A stretch of DNA of 59,731 nt, filler included, from Sphacelaria rigidula (taxonomy: Eukaryota), in NCBI GenBank assembly GCA_964200075.2. It is 8 parts of 8 records of this genome, joined end to end, with 100 filler letters (N's around TTAATTAATTAA, not from the genome) between each part and the next. Parts side by side here need not be neighbours in the genome. Positions count along the whole stretch, not along the records: positions 37,398 to 44,776 come from CAXNAA020015188.1; positions 44,877 to 52,254 come from CAXNAA020015189.1; 6 more parts are not named here. One strand, 5' to 3'. Positions 39,099-50,802 of this stretch are shown here, one piece after another (positions within the stretch are counted from its first letter, which is position 1; every line of letters begins with the position of its first letter). Both the position numbers and the translations under genes were made by a program. The notes beneath the pieces were generated by a model. The model saw only the letters and a program-made list of their open reading frames with translations. It searched no databases and was not told the DNA's origin.

Positions 39099-39530
39099 AA
39101 CACGGGATCTTACAAATTGGGGATGGATCATTTATTGGGGATGAGAAACCCGGAGAGCCGAAATCTTCGTGTTCACACCAAATCTTCGAACTATGGTTCC
39201 ATTTCTTCACCTACTGGTAGCTATTGACGCCATAGAAATTTGGATTTTGATCACCGAAATGTTGGATTCCTAGATTAAAAAAAAAATCGGAACCATTTTG
39301 GCGTCCGTTCGGACACCCGGAATTCCCCAAAATTGTTTTTTCACCTAGGACCTCAACATTTCGGTGATCAAAATCCAAATTTCTATGGCGTGTAGCAGTT
39401 GTCAAAAGCTATCAGTAGGTGAAGAAGAGGAACCATATTTCGAAGATTTGGTGTGACTACGAAGATTATAATTCTCCGGATTTCTCATCCCCAATAAAAG
39501 ATCCATCCCCAATTTGTAAGATCCCGTGTT
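39099..39530. mobile_element. Foldback element with ~175-bp arms, AAC...GTT ends, flanked by GTTC
   Basis: GTTC|AACACGGGATCTTACAAATTGGGGATGGATC ... GATCCATCCCCAATTTGTAAGATCCCGTGTT|GTTC; the same terminus occurs at ~21793. Confidence 0.88.
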
Positions 39531-40144
39531 GTTCGGCGATTCCCAATCGCAGTAGAAATTGGTATCATGCTATAGTACCAGCACATACCCGGGTTGCCAT
39601 GTGTGAGCAGGCGAATTATCGTAGCACAGGCGTGGAAACAAGATCGTGGGATGCCCCGGTTGTCGTCTGCTGTCTGTGGCGCTGACCAATACAAAAATCG
39701 ACTTCTCTCTGCCTCTCTGCTTGGATAGGAAACGCCCCTGTGCGCACTGGAACACGTCATCGAAAAGCAGGGTGATGTTTTCGTCACCGCTACAGTTCTC
39801 TCACATACACATGTGAGCAAGGACGGCTGCGCGCTTGCGGTAAGATCTAGTAATCGTAAGCTGTGGAGTGCTCTGAAGTCGTGGATTTCACCCGACGTCT
39901 GCAAAACAGGGACGACAGACAGTGTGCCACGTCCCAGTTGGGGGGACGGATGTATGAGAGATCAAACAATCGTGTAGACCTTCTGCGTGTGCAAAGTGAA
40001 GATATACCTCGCGCAGGTGATGGAACTCTTGCTGATATGACGGAAATGGGGGCTGAGACCCATTCGAATGACTGAGTCGTTCAGATGACTCTGTAGGAGC
40101 AACACCGGCCCCTTGCTGTGTGCCAAATCAGATTACTGCCCGCT

Positions 40145-40423
40145 TGAAGTAACTGAGAAGAAGATGATGATGAGATGATGATGAGTTGTAAGTTTTTATT
40201 ATCACTATTCACACCTAGGAAGTTGGGTGAAGAGAGGTGAGGGAGACGAGTGAGGTACATCACCATCCTATCACGACAGCCTACGATCCAAAATGTACAG
40301 CGTCGCAAGATCCGCGATACATACTGTAGGTTCCCCAGAATATAGGGACTCGCAACCATTTACCTTTCTCCAATCACAAAGAACCTTTTTAGTAAGCTTG
40401 CCAGAATATTCGAGAGTCCCTCA
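40145..40423 (-). repeat. Candidate 3' LTR of the Copia element
   Basis: On the minus strand, the purine tract GAGCGGGGAAA precedes TGAGG...CTTCA downstream of the pol stop; the 5' LTR is not in the fragment for comparison. Confidence 0.45.
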
Positions 40424-40897
40424 ATTTCCCCGCTCATGCTTCCGGCTTCTTCGAACTCGTAGATCAACTGGATTGAACACTCTCTCTAGCTTTAACGACT
40501 AACAAGCCCAATCATTACCTTTTTGTAATCGAATAAACTATACTAAATCGAACTCCCTACCATCATCGCTCATCTCAAATGATGGGGTCCACCACAACAA
40601 AAAAACAAAAACGGTGGATTCTACATCCTGCCTAAGAGAAAATTACGGTGCCTTTCGAAGTTCTCTGTACCAATGGCTTTGATTGAAGATTACATGTCAC
40701 CTCTAGCCGCCAACTCCCTGAGAAAATGATACCGTATATCAATGTGTTTGCTGTTCGACGAGCTTAAGGGGCTTTCAGCTCAGTCTATCGCCCCCTTGTT
40801 GTCCTCAGAAACGCCAATGCCTGTCGACCCCAAACTGGGCATCAGTGACTTCAAAATCCCTCTCACATACAGGGCCTCTTCGACGCCGTCTGCCATT

Positions 40898-41262
40898 AAC
40901 AGGGGGTTCTAAGAAATGAGGTTGATCAATGAAATGAGGTTTGAGGAGGCTAGCCAGTATGCGACAAAAAATCGAGGGAAGTACCGTCCGAAAGTGCCTT
41001 CGATCATTTTCGGGGGCGGGCGGGAGGAGGGGGGGGCGTACTCATTTGTTGCTTGCCTTAGCCGTTTGATTATTGACCGTTCGAGACGGGGCATGGTTAA
41101 TGGTCAAACGACTAAGGCAAGCAACAAATGAGTACGCCCCACCCCCCCAAAAATGAGCGAAGGTACTTGCAGACGGTACTTCCCTCGGGGTTTTGTCGCA
41201 TTCTGGCTAGTCTACTCAAATCTCATTTAATTGATCAACTTTTGTTTATAGAATCCCCTGTT
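40898..41262. mobile_element. Fully palindromic foldback element with AAC...GTT ends and 4-bp TSD CATT, inserted in Copia RNase H
   Basis: CATT|AACAGGGG...CCCCTGTT|CATT; the arms pair almost to the centre (~41085); removal restores EAEYLTMADGVEEALYVRG in frame. Confidence 0.92.
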
Positions 41263-43684
41263 CATTGTTAAGTACTCTGCCTCAGTAGTAGAAAGGGTGA
41301 CGCATTTCTGCGTCCCAGAAAACCAAGACACTGGCGAATCTCCACAGCAAATAGCTACACCGGAAATGGAACGTTAGTTCTCTGCTTCATGGGTGAAGTC
41401 TGTGTCAACATACGGATCCAAATCAAACTCCAACTGAAATCATCCCAAGTCGCTACTATTCTTGAAAAGTAAACGTGAATCCGACGTAGCATTCAAATAC
41501 TCGAGTATCTTCTGTGGTGCCTTGTAGTGAGTCAGCTTGGGTTCACGAGAGAACCAAGCGAGTCCCCAAGCTGCATTCGCGATATCGGGCCTGATCTGGT
41601 TCGCTATCCACATCAACCTCTCTACAATCTTACGGAAATGCACATCCACCGCGGTCTCTCCTTTGCTCGAATGCCTGAGATCTCATAAAAAGGGTAGCGG
41701 GAATGGGGCTAGTCGTCGAGCCGTCAAAACGATTTAGCCCCCTCCTGATGAATTGAGTTTGCGAAATCTCCAAAGTACCTTTCTCCCTGTCCATTTTTTA
41801 CTCACTTCGTATGTACCACTCTACCTCCCCGAGATGTTTAGTGGGAAATCTCTAATTGAGTGCACCGACTATTACCTTAGTCCCTTTGTCAATAGCTACT
41901 ATCATGATATCTTCCACATGAAAGACCATCATCGCTACAACATCTTCAGCAACTCTCAGTCGGAACGCACAGGGATCTACCGAGCATTGCTCGAAAGCAT
42001 ACTCCACCAGGGTTGACGACAATTGTTGATACCATGCACGACCACTCTGCTTCAAACCGTACAAAGCCTCGTTCAGGCGGACTACCTTACGAGATACGGA
42101 TCCACAACCGGGCGGCAGACGCGAGTAGATATCTGTGTTCACCCTTTTCTCGGTCTACATCTAAATTCCTTAAATACCAGTCTAGCTTACGTGTCACAGC
42201 CGCTACTAACCTGTCTGGAGTAGCAGATGTCGTAGGGATAACTGTCTCAAAGTACTCTACTCCCTCTATCTGAGTGTACCCCATAGCTACTAAACGGGCT
42301 TGCGCCCGGCCGATCATACCATGTGAATCACGTTATCATTCGTACACCCACTTCGCGCCCACAATGTTGCACCCCTCTGGAGTGTCAGTCATGTCTGCGA
42401 ACGTTCCGACAGCTATAAGCCCATCGAACTCTACCCTCATCTCCTCTATTCACACATATGAGTGTTGTGATAAACACGCCGCAGGGTATGACAACGGCTC
42501 CGGCCCGCTTCCTTGATGAGACAATTAGGGAGCTTGCCCGGATTACGGGTAACCTCCTGTACCGCTAGCAGGCCATGCATAATTTTGCCGGCTTCATCGA
42601 GCCCTCACATGGTCACGGGCCCGAAGGATTCTTGATTGAGCGCTCGAGTCTGCGCTCTGGTTCGTCCAAGCTCCTCGCCGTTTCCAGATCCACCCAGATT
42701 TGACTGGAGCTGCTGCCCCGCAGTCCGCGCTGCCGTTGGAAATGAAACACTTTCGTCCGATGGCGACGAGTCGCTCTCCCCGACTGAGAGGTCGCCGTCG
42801 ACAAACGGCTCACTACTTACCGGTGGCAGACAAACACCTGATTAATCAGTTGTATGGTCGGGGGCCGACTGATTTTCATCGACAAGCGAACCCCGCTCAC
42901 CTTCACCACCATGGTCTGCGCTTTTTGCTGAAATGTCACTCGACGCTGATGGGGAATTCCTCTCCAAGTAGCGGTAATGGAGTCGGTGGAGAAGAATCGA
43001 GATCATCTAGCCCTCCCCGCTCTGGAGTCTTTCCCCAACTCTGATGTACCTCCATGCTGTGATGTCCCTCCCAGCTTCGACGCTTCTGCAAGCTTTAGCG
43101 AAGCTGATTGCTGCAGCTGTATCGGCGGCACCATCATGACCGGCGGCGTCTTCCAGGTGACGCTCCTTGTCTCCGCTACTGAATTTGCCCGCGTCAGCAT
43201 CCGCAATGAATCGCAGGGGAGGTCGATGCCGGACCCGAGGTATAAGCTACTCTCGCACAAGGGAAACGACTCGGACGGTCGGTTCCAGCGGCAGTAGCCC
43301 GGACGAAGAAACGGGTGTGGTGACGCAGGTGCTGCCTTACCCTACAACGTTTTGCAGGGCGACTTGCCACCTGGGTTGGACGTCGCCGCGGTGTGATTCA
43401 GGGGGTCACACGGCCAATACATCGCCTCAGCCCAGACGGTGTCTATCGGTTGTAGCTCGACACATGGAAAAATGATGGGGGCTTGGATACGAGTAGCAAG
43501 TGCGGTGTTTTGAATGAAAAGCTCTCTCGGCAACGCCGTTCAGTTCTGGACACCTCGCGCTGGTGAATTCCTGCTTGGTACAGTAGTGCCTGCATGCGCC
43601 TTCAAAATCATCACCGAAAAACTCTCCTTTATCGTTAGACCTCACAATTATCGCTTCTGAAGGCACATCATTCGCATGTACATC

Positions 43685-43897
43685 TGTAATGCGTGAGAGG
43701 ACCGCGTGCTTAGAGGACCGTGCCGTAGTTCAAGACACCTCAGAATCGACGTTTTTCAAAACGAATCGGGCCAGTCCCTGCAGGTACCACGCTCCTGACT
43801 ATATACCTTACACTAACCCTGACCCTAACCTTAACCATAAGGATGTTGAAAAATTCCACTGCGGCCCTCTGAGCACGCGGTCCTCTCACGCATTACA
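43685..43897. mobile_element. TGT...ACA MITE with 4-bp TSD CATC (Ginger-like), inserted in Copia integrase
   Basis: CATC|TGTAATGCGTGAGAGGACCGCGTGCT ... AGCACGCGGTCCTCTCACGCATTACA|CATC; removal restores AFKTFLFDVHANDVPSEAIIVRS in frame. Confidence 0.92.
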
Positions 43898-44700
43898 CAT
43901 CAAACAAAAACGTCTTGAAAGCATAAGCGGTATCAGACTTACGCTCGAGAAAATATACCCATGCGTACCGGGTGATATCGTCCTTCACTATCATTACGTA
44001 CTTCTTCCCAAGCAATGCAGGAGTTCCCCTAGGACCGCTGAGATAAAAGACAAACTATTCCTAGCTGCTGTGAAGCACGATATTTCGTGCTGTTTGCGAT
44101 TGATTTCCTGTACCTCTTTGCCGCAGAAACTCCTGTACACGGTTTCACGTTAACCAGTAGCTCAGCACCCAGCGATTTCGCTGTCTCTCTCGATAGAAAT
44201 TCAATGGCATGTCCCTGTACGCAGTGAAACCGTTGATGTCTACCGCAGTCTTGCGTGAGTCAGCACTGTCGGGGGCTATCACGGGGAACACCAGGGGAAC
44301 AGGGGGGTCGGGTTGCACTGAATTTTCAACAGACTCGCCAACAAGGGAGATGGGATGTAGTCATCACCAGGATCAATCCTCCTACCATACGTTGAGTATC
44401 CAGAACCATCACTCCAAACCCGAAGACGCCCATCCACTAGGGTCACACTCTTGTCGGAGTCATCCATCGAGAAGCCTACTCCTTGTGTGCGCAGCCACTT
44501 GTGAGAATGTATTGAAAGCTAAATCTGGTACGTAGTTGACCTTCTCAAGCTTGACTGTTAAGCCTCAAGCCCTCTTGGGGAAAACTGCAGTCAATGACCC
44601 ATAACACTCAACGTCGATGAGGGTATTACTACCGATCTGAACTTTGTCCTCAGAGAATTGCACGTTACGGAGCATTTCGGTTGATTTAGCCATATGAAAT

Positions 44701-44776
44701 GAGTCATCCTACGATAGGGGGGGGAGGATTTGGTTGCACGAAAAAAAAGACTCCTAAGTGTGTCAGACATCCTTCC
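44701..44776. mobile_element. GAG-terminus (Sola-like) TIR element end, interrupting the Copia protease
   Basis: GAGTCATCCTACGATAGGGGGGG directly abuts the protease FHM codons; the contig breaks inside it. Confidence 0.75.
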
Positions 44777-44876
44777 NNNNNNNNNNNNNNNNNNNNNNNN
44801 NNNNNNNNNNNNNNNNNNNNTTAATTAATTAANNNNNNNNNNNNNNNNNNNNNNNNNNNNNNNNNNNNNNNNNNNN
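44777..44876. other. Artificial contig-joining spacer
   Basis: 44 N + TTAATTAATTAA + 44 N. Confidence 0.98.
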
Positions 44877-45087
44877 ATATTGATGGGACAATAAGTGTTC
44901 AACCCAATAGTACCAATATATATTGGGCGGGCAGTATGTATGCAGTCCCACGACATCAATATATATTGGGCGCGCAATACATGTGCAATCTAAGGGTACC
45001 AATATATATTACACCAGCAATATATCGCAAAATTCCAATACGATCGACTAATATATATTGGAAACATTTTGTATTGTCCAGGGTGTG
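44877..45087 (-). mobile_element. Terminal part of the CACCCTGGACAAT-ended element with CAATATATATTG repeats
   Basis: Ends GTATTGTCCAGGGTGTG, the reverse complement of 3700-3716. Confidence 0.65.
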
Positions 45088-45302
45088 AAATAGTTGCGTT
45101 TGTATCAACCTTCATAACAAGAAAACAAATGAAATCGACTCCGATTATCCCGGACAGTGTCGTCCAACTAGCTACCGAAAAATTGAAACCTGCGCATGTT
45201 CAAAGAATAGGAGTTAAGGCCATAAGGTCAATACTGGCGGCGAGGTACCCGCATCTTGATTTTGGAGATGCAAATGAGTGCATAGACAACAATTGCAACT
45301 GT

Positions 45303-45785
45303 AAGGCCGCTTTTTATGGCAAAAAAAAAAAACATCTGAAAAACTGCTTTGGGGGGGCTTCTGCGTCGTTTCATACCCTAAAGATGAGCCTGGCGTATTT
45401 TGGTAACTTGGAATGCCTTGCTGTACTCGTTGAGACGGTTCCAGCCACCTGTGCGTTTTTCCGGTGGTCGCAGTATTTTTCTTGGCCTAACTTTCATGTT
45501 TCTCGAAGACCGCTCATTTGTCTCGGAGACCGGCCAAGCTCACGAATACTTCGCAAACTTTTGAGGATTTGATCTGTCCTCGAGAAAAATGCAAGTTAGG
45601 CCAAGAAAAGAACTGCGGCCACCAGGGAAACGCACAGGTGCGCTGGACCCGTCTCAACGAGAACAGCAAGGCATTCCAAGAAGTCCAAATCCGCCTAGCT
45701 CACTTTCATGGCGTGAAACGACGCAGAAGCTCCCAAGAAACACTTTTCCAGATGATCATTTTTGTTTGCCATAAGAGGCGGCGTT
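45303..45785. mobile_element. Foldback element with ~210-bp imperfect arms
   Basis: GCCGCTTTTTATGGCAAA...TTGGAATGCCTTGCTG...TTGGCCTAACTT pairs with AAGTTAGGCCAA...CAGCAAGGCATTCCAA...TTTGCCATAAGAGGCGGC; no clean TSD. Confidence 0.8.
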
Positions 45786-45903
45786 GATCTTTGATCTTGC
45801 AGATCGGTTGATACAGCCTGCGATATCATGTTTTCTTCCTCAGAAGCAACGCGCCACGGCGCAGTAACTAATAACGAAACAAAGTGCGGTGAAAGGCGCT
45901 TGC

Positions 45904-45950
45904 CTGGAAGTGGAGATCCTTAGATCCGTAGTGTACCGGCATCTGCCTCC
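45904..45950 (-). CDS. BCKDHA: 2-oxoisovalerate dehydrogenase E1 alpha, exon 5
   Basis: cag|(G)RQMPVHYGSKDLHFQ|gcaagc; hallmark GRQMPVHYG; the donor appears to be GC. Confidence 0.9.
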
Positions 45951-46379
45951 CTGGAATGGTGAAAAAAAATGCAACAGTTGTCGTGACGAAATGAATGCAC
46001 GCAATCAAGCGGAGGATGTGCACAGCGGATATGCGGGAGACTTTTGTACTCATCCTGGCTGTGGCGCACGGTAGCGTACTCACGCGCAAAGCGCGGGACG
46101 CGCAACAACGTGACACGCCACATGGCAAGTTTCACGTACTTCAGTACGCGGGGGGCTACAAGGTCCGGTAACGGTAAAATGTAGCCCGCAGCAGGACTAC
46201 AGTTGTGCTAGTGGTGCGAAAACAGTCCGTCGCGACATGCTACGCAACGAGACCAAACCCACCACTGTCGGAGCATTCTACAAGAGCTCCGAGCCTGATG
46301 AAATGCTTTGTGAATTATGAGCTATCCGAACATGATACGAGAATACGACTACTGCACGGCGCACAAGAGGTGGGCTTAC

Positions 46380-46425
46380 CTTTACTGAGGTCGCTGATGT
46401 TGCCGATGCATTGGTCGGCGAACCC
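46380..46425 (-). CDS. BCKDHA: 2-oxoisovalerate dehydrogenase E1 alpha, exon 4
   Basis: cag|GFADQCIGNISDLSK G|gtaag; phase 0 in, phase 1 out. Confidence 0.92.
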
Positions 46426-46982
46426 CTGAGACAGGCAAAGAAACAGCCCGAGTAGACAATAGGCCGCCGTTGGCATCCGAGATGATATGATGATACGGTA
46501 GGACGGACGGAACGAAACGATCACCAACCGATACGAGAGTCAATCGCAGTACAAGTCGAGTTACCGCAGCATGCCTGGGGAAAATGGATATATGATGTCT
46601 TTACCCTTTCTACTCGCAATCGCGAGTACGTGGCACGAATCGGACACCCATGTTTCCAAACAGTTGGGGGCCGTGAAACGCGGGTCACATTTTCCTCCCA
46701 TGCGTCCATCATACATTAACGCAGAGGACTCAAAACCGCCGAATCAACAGATTCATGAAAACAGTTCGCTTGGTCGTTGGTATCAAAATCTACTTGAAAT
46801 GTGACTTAACAAAAAAATTCCCAAAAGATTTCACTGCGCGGTACAGGCCTCGCGACTCCCTCCTGCAGATATATCATAAGTCACACCGGGCGCTGAAAAG
46901 ACAGCAGATGAAGACAGCTTGTCGCTCGTCAATCGTCTTCTCCAATCCAATATGCCTACCTCAGTTAGTACCCGCCACGCAC

Positions 46983-47123
46983 CTGCAATCCAAAATCTCG
47001 CCACATCAGAACACCCGGTTCCCGGTACTGTGTAAAAGCCATATCCTCGACATGTAGAGCCGCAGCTCCACCTATTTGCAACGCTTCCTCCCCCGCCGAT
47101 GTCAGGTAGAACGACATTCGACC
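46983..47123 (-). CDS. BCKDHA: 2-oxoisovalerate dehydrogenase E1 alpha, exon 3
   Basis: cag|GRMSFYLTSAGEEALQIGGAAALHVEDMAFTQYREPGVLMWRDFGLQ|gtgcgt. Confidence 0.95.
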
Positions 47124-47197
47124 CTGCCCTCCAGGTCAATCGCAGTGAGCCAAAACCATTCGGGGGTAACGAGCATCAACAACCATCACCACACTAA

Positions 47198-47516
47198 TTT
47201 TGTTTTGTTTTTTTGTCGCACTTTGAACCCCTCCCCTTCCTCGAGTCGAGTCCGTGGTCCCAAGGCACCATCCCATCTCTACCCCGGTACACGCCTTGCA
47301 TATTGGTCTCGCGGATTGTGTCATGACTATCACCACTCCCGCACCGCGTCAACTCACGTCAAACAAACTCAGTCAACTAATTTTGTTCACTCACGTTCTC
47401 ACGCTTTCCATGATGGAAATCAGATATTACGAAGAAAAGACCCAACGCATCGGGAATCGAACCCTCGTTCTCTCCACCTTAATGATGACAGTCGGACCAC
47501 TGCACCACCGGGGCGC
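47198..47516 (-). mobile_element. Full-length tRNA-derived SINE in a BCKDHA intron
   Basis: Minus strand GCGCCCCGGTGGTGCAGTGG (A box) ... GGTTCGATTCC (B box) ... TTCAAAGTGCGACAAAAAAACAAAACAAAA. Confidence 0.9.
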
Positions 47517-50079
47517 GGCGGCATATTTCAATAGCGGGAAAACGAAAGCTTGAAAGACCGCATGCGCTATAGATACACCAGGGTGTCTGGTACATACTCC
47601 GCTTGAACATGTAGCAGCAGAGGCTAGTACGGTAGGCACGTGAACTTGCAGAATGGGTATTACCCTTGAGCAACCACGGCAAAAATGACCGTACATGCAG
47701 GGAGAGATGGCAAGTCCCCTTCTACGAAGGACAGCGAATAATCTTTACTATTTCTCCACGGAGGCTGGGTCGTTCACAAGGTTAAATGCACACCGAGAAG
47801 GCATGAATAACGAGAAAAAGCGCCCGCAGAGGTCAGACAAGTTCGAAGACCGATGTTGTAATTTACGTTACCGAGCATACGTGTACCGTGAAGAGCAGAT
47901 TAGTTGCTAATTCAGTACGCTTCTGGGATGAACCATTTGTCCCGTAAGAGGTACGTCAGTCCACGCAGAAACACGTGTACCTTTCTACTGCAGGGGTAGG
48001 ATATCTGTTGGATCGGTATCATTTTCGCTTGAAAAATGGTTCCAAGACCCAGATGACCCACCCCAGCGGCCACAGGGATTCTAGCCAGGGAAAGAGCTAG
48101 GCAAGCACGCGAAAACCGACTGGCGGCAATGGGTCCATGTATGTAGTACACCCCCCTATCCCGGTCAGTCGGTGTTGGCAACGTATGCAGTAGGCGATGT
48201 GATGGACATCCATGGTTGCCATGGTTGCTGGCAACTACCATGCCCACACGCGACAACTCCCTTTTCTGCCAGCCGCATCCTACATTTTCCTCCAAGACAA
48301 CGAACGAGCGATGGAACCGTTGGGAGGCGAATAGGCACCATGCCGGGAGCCACTCTGGACTGTCAAGGGTGGGTTCCATTATTTGCAAAATTTACTGCAC
48401 GCAGGTGGCGAGACTATACTGTAATATACCATGTTCTCGTAAAATTGCAGGGCTGTACTACATTGTGACCTTCATATATGTTGATACTCTGTCACGACCA
48501 ACGTTCTTCGCTGATAAGTTTCCATGACGTTGGCTACGAATCCCCTCACGAGAACCTGAGCAAGCATGTGGCTGTCGGTTGGCCACGATAGCTGGAGGCT
48601 TAAGCTCCAGAAGAGTATGGTCATCGGGTATGGCAGGCATGTCACAAATACTCAGCTGTAGGTGGATTTGATTGGTGAGTTAAAGAGTCAACATATCGTC
48701 GTACGTTATATTACAGTACCATTGGCTGATCATTGGCTGATCCTGATCCGCTACGAATCCAGGCGTGGTTATTATCCACAAGAGAAAAGTATTCAGCGTC
48801 AAAAAAGGAAACAGTCACTGAAGAAAACTCGAGAGGGGGGACATGAACAGAATGGAAGGGAAAAACATATTAGTCCAAAGAAACCACACCAGGGAGACAG
48901 GGAAGAAAAAATAAAACGAACAAAGAAAAAACATAGAACGAGTACAGCAAGCTCACATCTCGCTGCTGGAATGCTCTCCGAACACCGCTCTACAGTCGCG
49001 CCACACCGATGTTACAGCGATCAAGTGCTCAAGTAAATAAAACGTTGCAAGGGGCAGTTCGATTGGATTGGTTGGGACTTTCTTGAACCGTAATAGTAGC
49101 AACAGACGGTAAATGACCAACATCCAGCACGCCTCTGAATTGTACGTGTCTCACCACCAGTCACTTATTGCGAAACTTGACCTCTTGAGCGCTCGGCGTC
49201 TTCGCGGTGCAGTAGTATTTCGACTGACAACGCCGTGGGATACGTGCAACGATATGCTGTACTACTAACAACAATTTGAACAGCGTGCAGTACTATCTGC
49301 GCACAATAGGATATAGATAGCAGTTTGCATAGGGTAGTACAGTGGTCTGCGGACAATAGATACTGGCACCGCCGTGCATGCGGCGGTGCGAAGGAAGTGA
49401 CGATGGTGACCCCACAATCGTTGGCCAGACGCCACGACTTGCCTTTATTCTCATAGGGCCATGTCTTATGCGACGAAGCGTGAGTGGCGAACCACTGAGG
49501 ATGGGCTTTGGAGAATACTACACAAGACACCGCGCGATGTTCTTCGCCATCGCTCTCATCCAGTTGGAGTTTCACCGGGGATTGCCATCAAGCACACACT
49601 CACACACAAGACCGTGCGCAAAGATGGGCAACTAGATGTGGCTTTAGGCGTACGTGGCAAAGTGTGGAAATGTTATCGGCTCCTCCGTCGCCGCCAGAGT
49701 TGCAAGATCGCCTCATTAACATGGCAAGTAAGAAGGCGATCTGTGTCTCCCTTGGTTTTAGTCTACTTCAATTCCACTCACTTACCCCCGATGACACACT
49801 CTACCGTAGAACTTCGGAATCCTGAACCCAACACCCACGTATATGGCGTTTTCAATAGGGTCGAAGTCGTCATTTCCTGAGTTTTGTGTGCAAGGGAGGG
49901 CGATCAAGGGGCGATCTAAGGTTTCTGGCGCTTCAAGGGTTGAAATTATACGACGGAATTGTACATAAAATAATATCTTCCGGTTCATGAAAATACGCTC
50001 GGCTTATCACGTCAGAACAGCAGATAAATTATCTACAGCTACTAAAACAGCCCTCGGGAGTACAGTATGTGATGTGTAC

Positions 50080-50232
50080 CTGTCTCTGCGCGTTGTAGAA
50101 TATATCATCCAAGGCTTCCAATCGCACCATGTTCCCGTACATCTTCAGCGCGACCTCCCGTCCAACGTCCGGCTCTCTGGCATCGTCACGGACGCTTCCG
50201 TCATCATCCAGTACTCGATACACCGGCCAAAC
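50080..50232 (-). CDS. BCKDHA: 2-oxoisovalerate dehydrogenase E1 alpha, exon 2
   Basis: aag|VWPVYRVLDDDGSVRDDAREPDVGREVALKMYGNMVRLEALDDIFYNAQRQ|gtacac; joins to QRQ-GRMSFY. Confidence 0.95.
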
Positions 50233-50802
50233 CTTTGAAACATACAAACAAAACAAAAAAGCATGGCGATAAGATAATACAGTGAATGCCAGACAGTCGA
50301 TTCCACTCCCACATTACTTACAACTTCCGAAAAGCAAAAACAACGCCCACGTCAACCCGCAGGAAAGTGGATCGATGCACTGTACTCGATGCACCTAGCA
50401 TATAAAAAATCGGGCAAAGACGAAACAAACAGTCCCGCGAGATCGTAGTCGAAATGTCTGGGAGACGGCGAGGAATCCACGCCGTGCGATCGTCTTGGTA
50501 TAGCATTCTGCTTCAGTCGATTTCGACATGAGTACTGTGCATGGCAACCGGCATACGGTGACACACTTTAACATGCGATATTGACGCGTCCGAATCTCCT
50601 CAAGCCCAAAACATGCGGAAAGGGGAACACAACACACTCTAGCTGTGCCATGACGCCGTCGTAAAATATTTTCGCCTCTTCCGTGTACTCCAACGAAAGG
50701 ACAAAAGCAACGAGAACAGCGATGCAACACGGTGCTTCGGCGACCACCAACACTGAAAACAGTCAGTGTGCGTCAGTCGACAAAATGACTGGTAGCTCAT
50801 AC

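Larger units (their letters stand above)
40620..44700 (-). mobile_element. Decayed Ty1/Copia LTR retrotransposon pol (protease-integrase-RT-RNase H)
   Basis: In order on minus: FHM..(protease), IIVRSNDKGEF..ELNGVAER (integrase), ARLVAMGYTQIEGVEY and ALYGLKQSGRAWY (RT), KCVTLSTTEAEY and SKHIDIRYHFLRE (RNase H); many stops and frameshifts. Confidence 0.95.

Noticed and set aside
45889..46074. Cys-rich plus-strand ORF (CNSC...CTHPGC) suggesting a zinc finger
   Set aside because: It overlaps a clear BCKDHA exon on the opposite strand and has no other support.
46380..46476. Apparent signal-peptide first exon MPTAAYCLLGLFLCLSQG
   Set aside because: The hydrophobic part is the intron pyrimidine tract; the real exon starts at 46425 and is BCKDHA.
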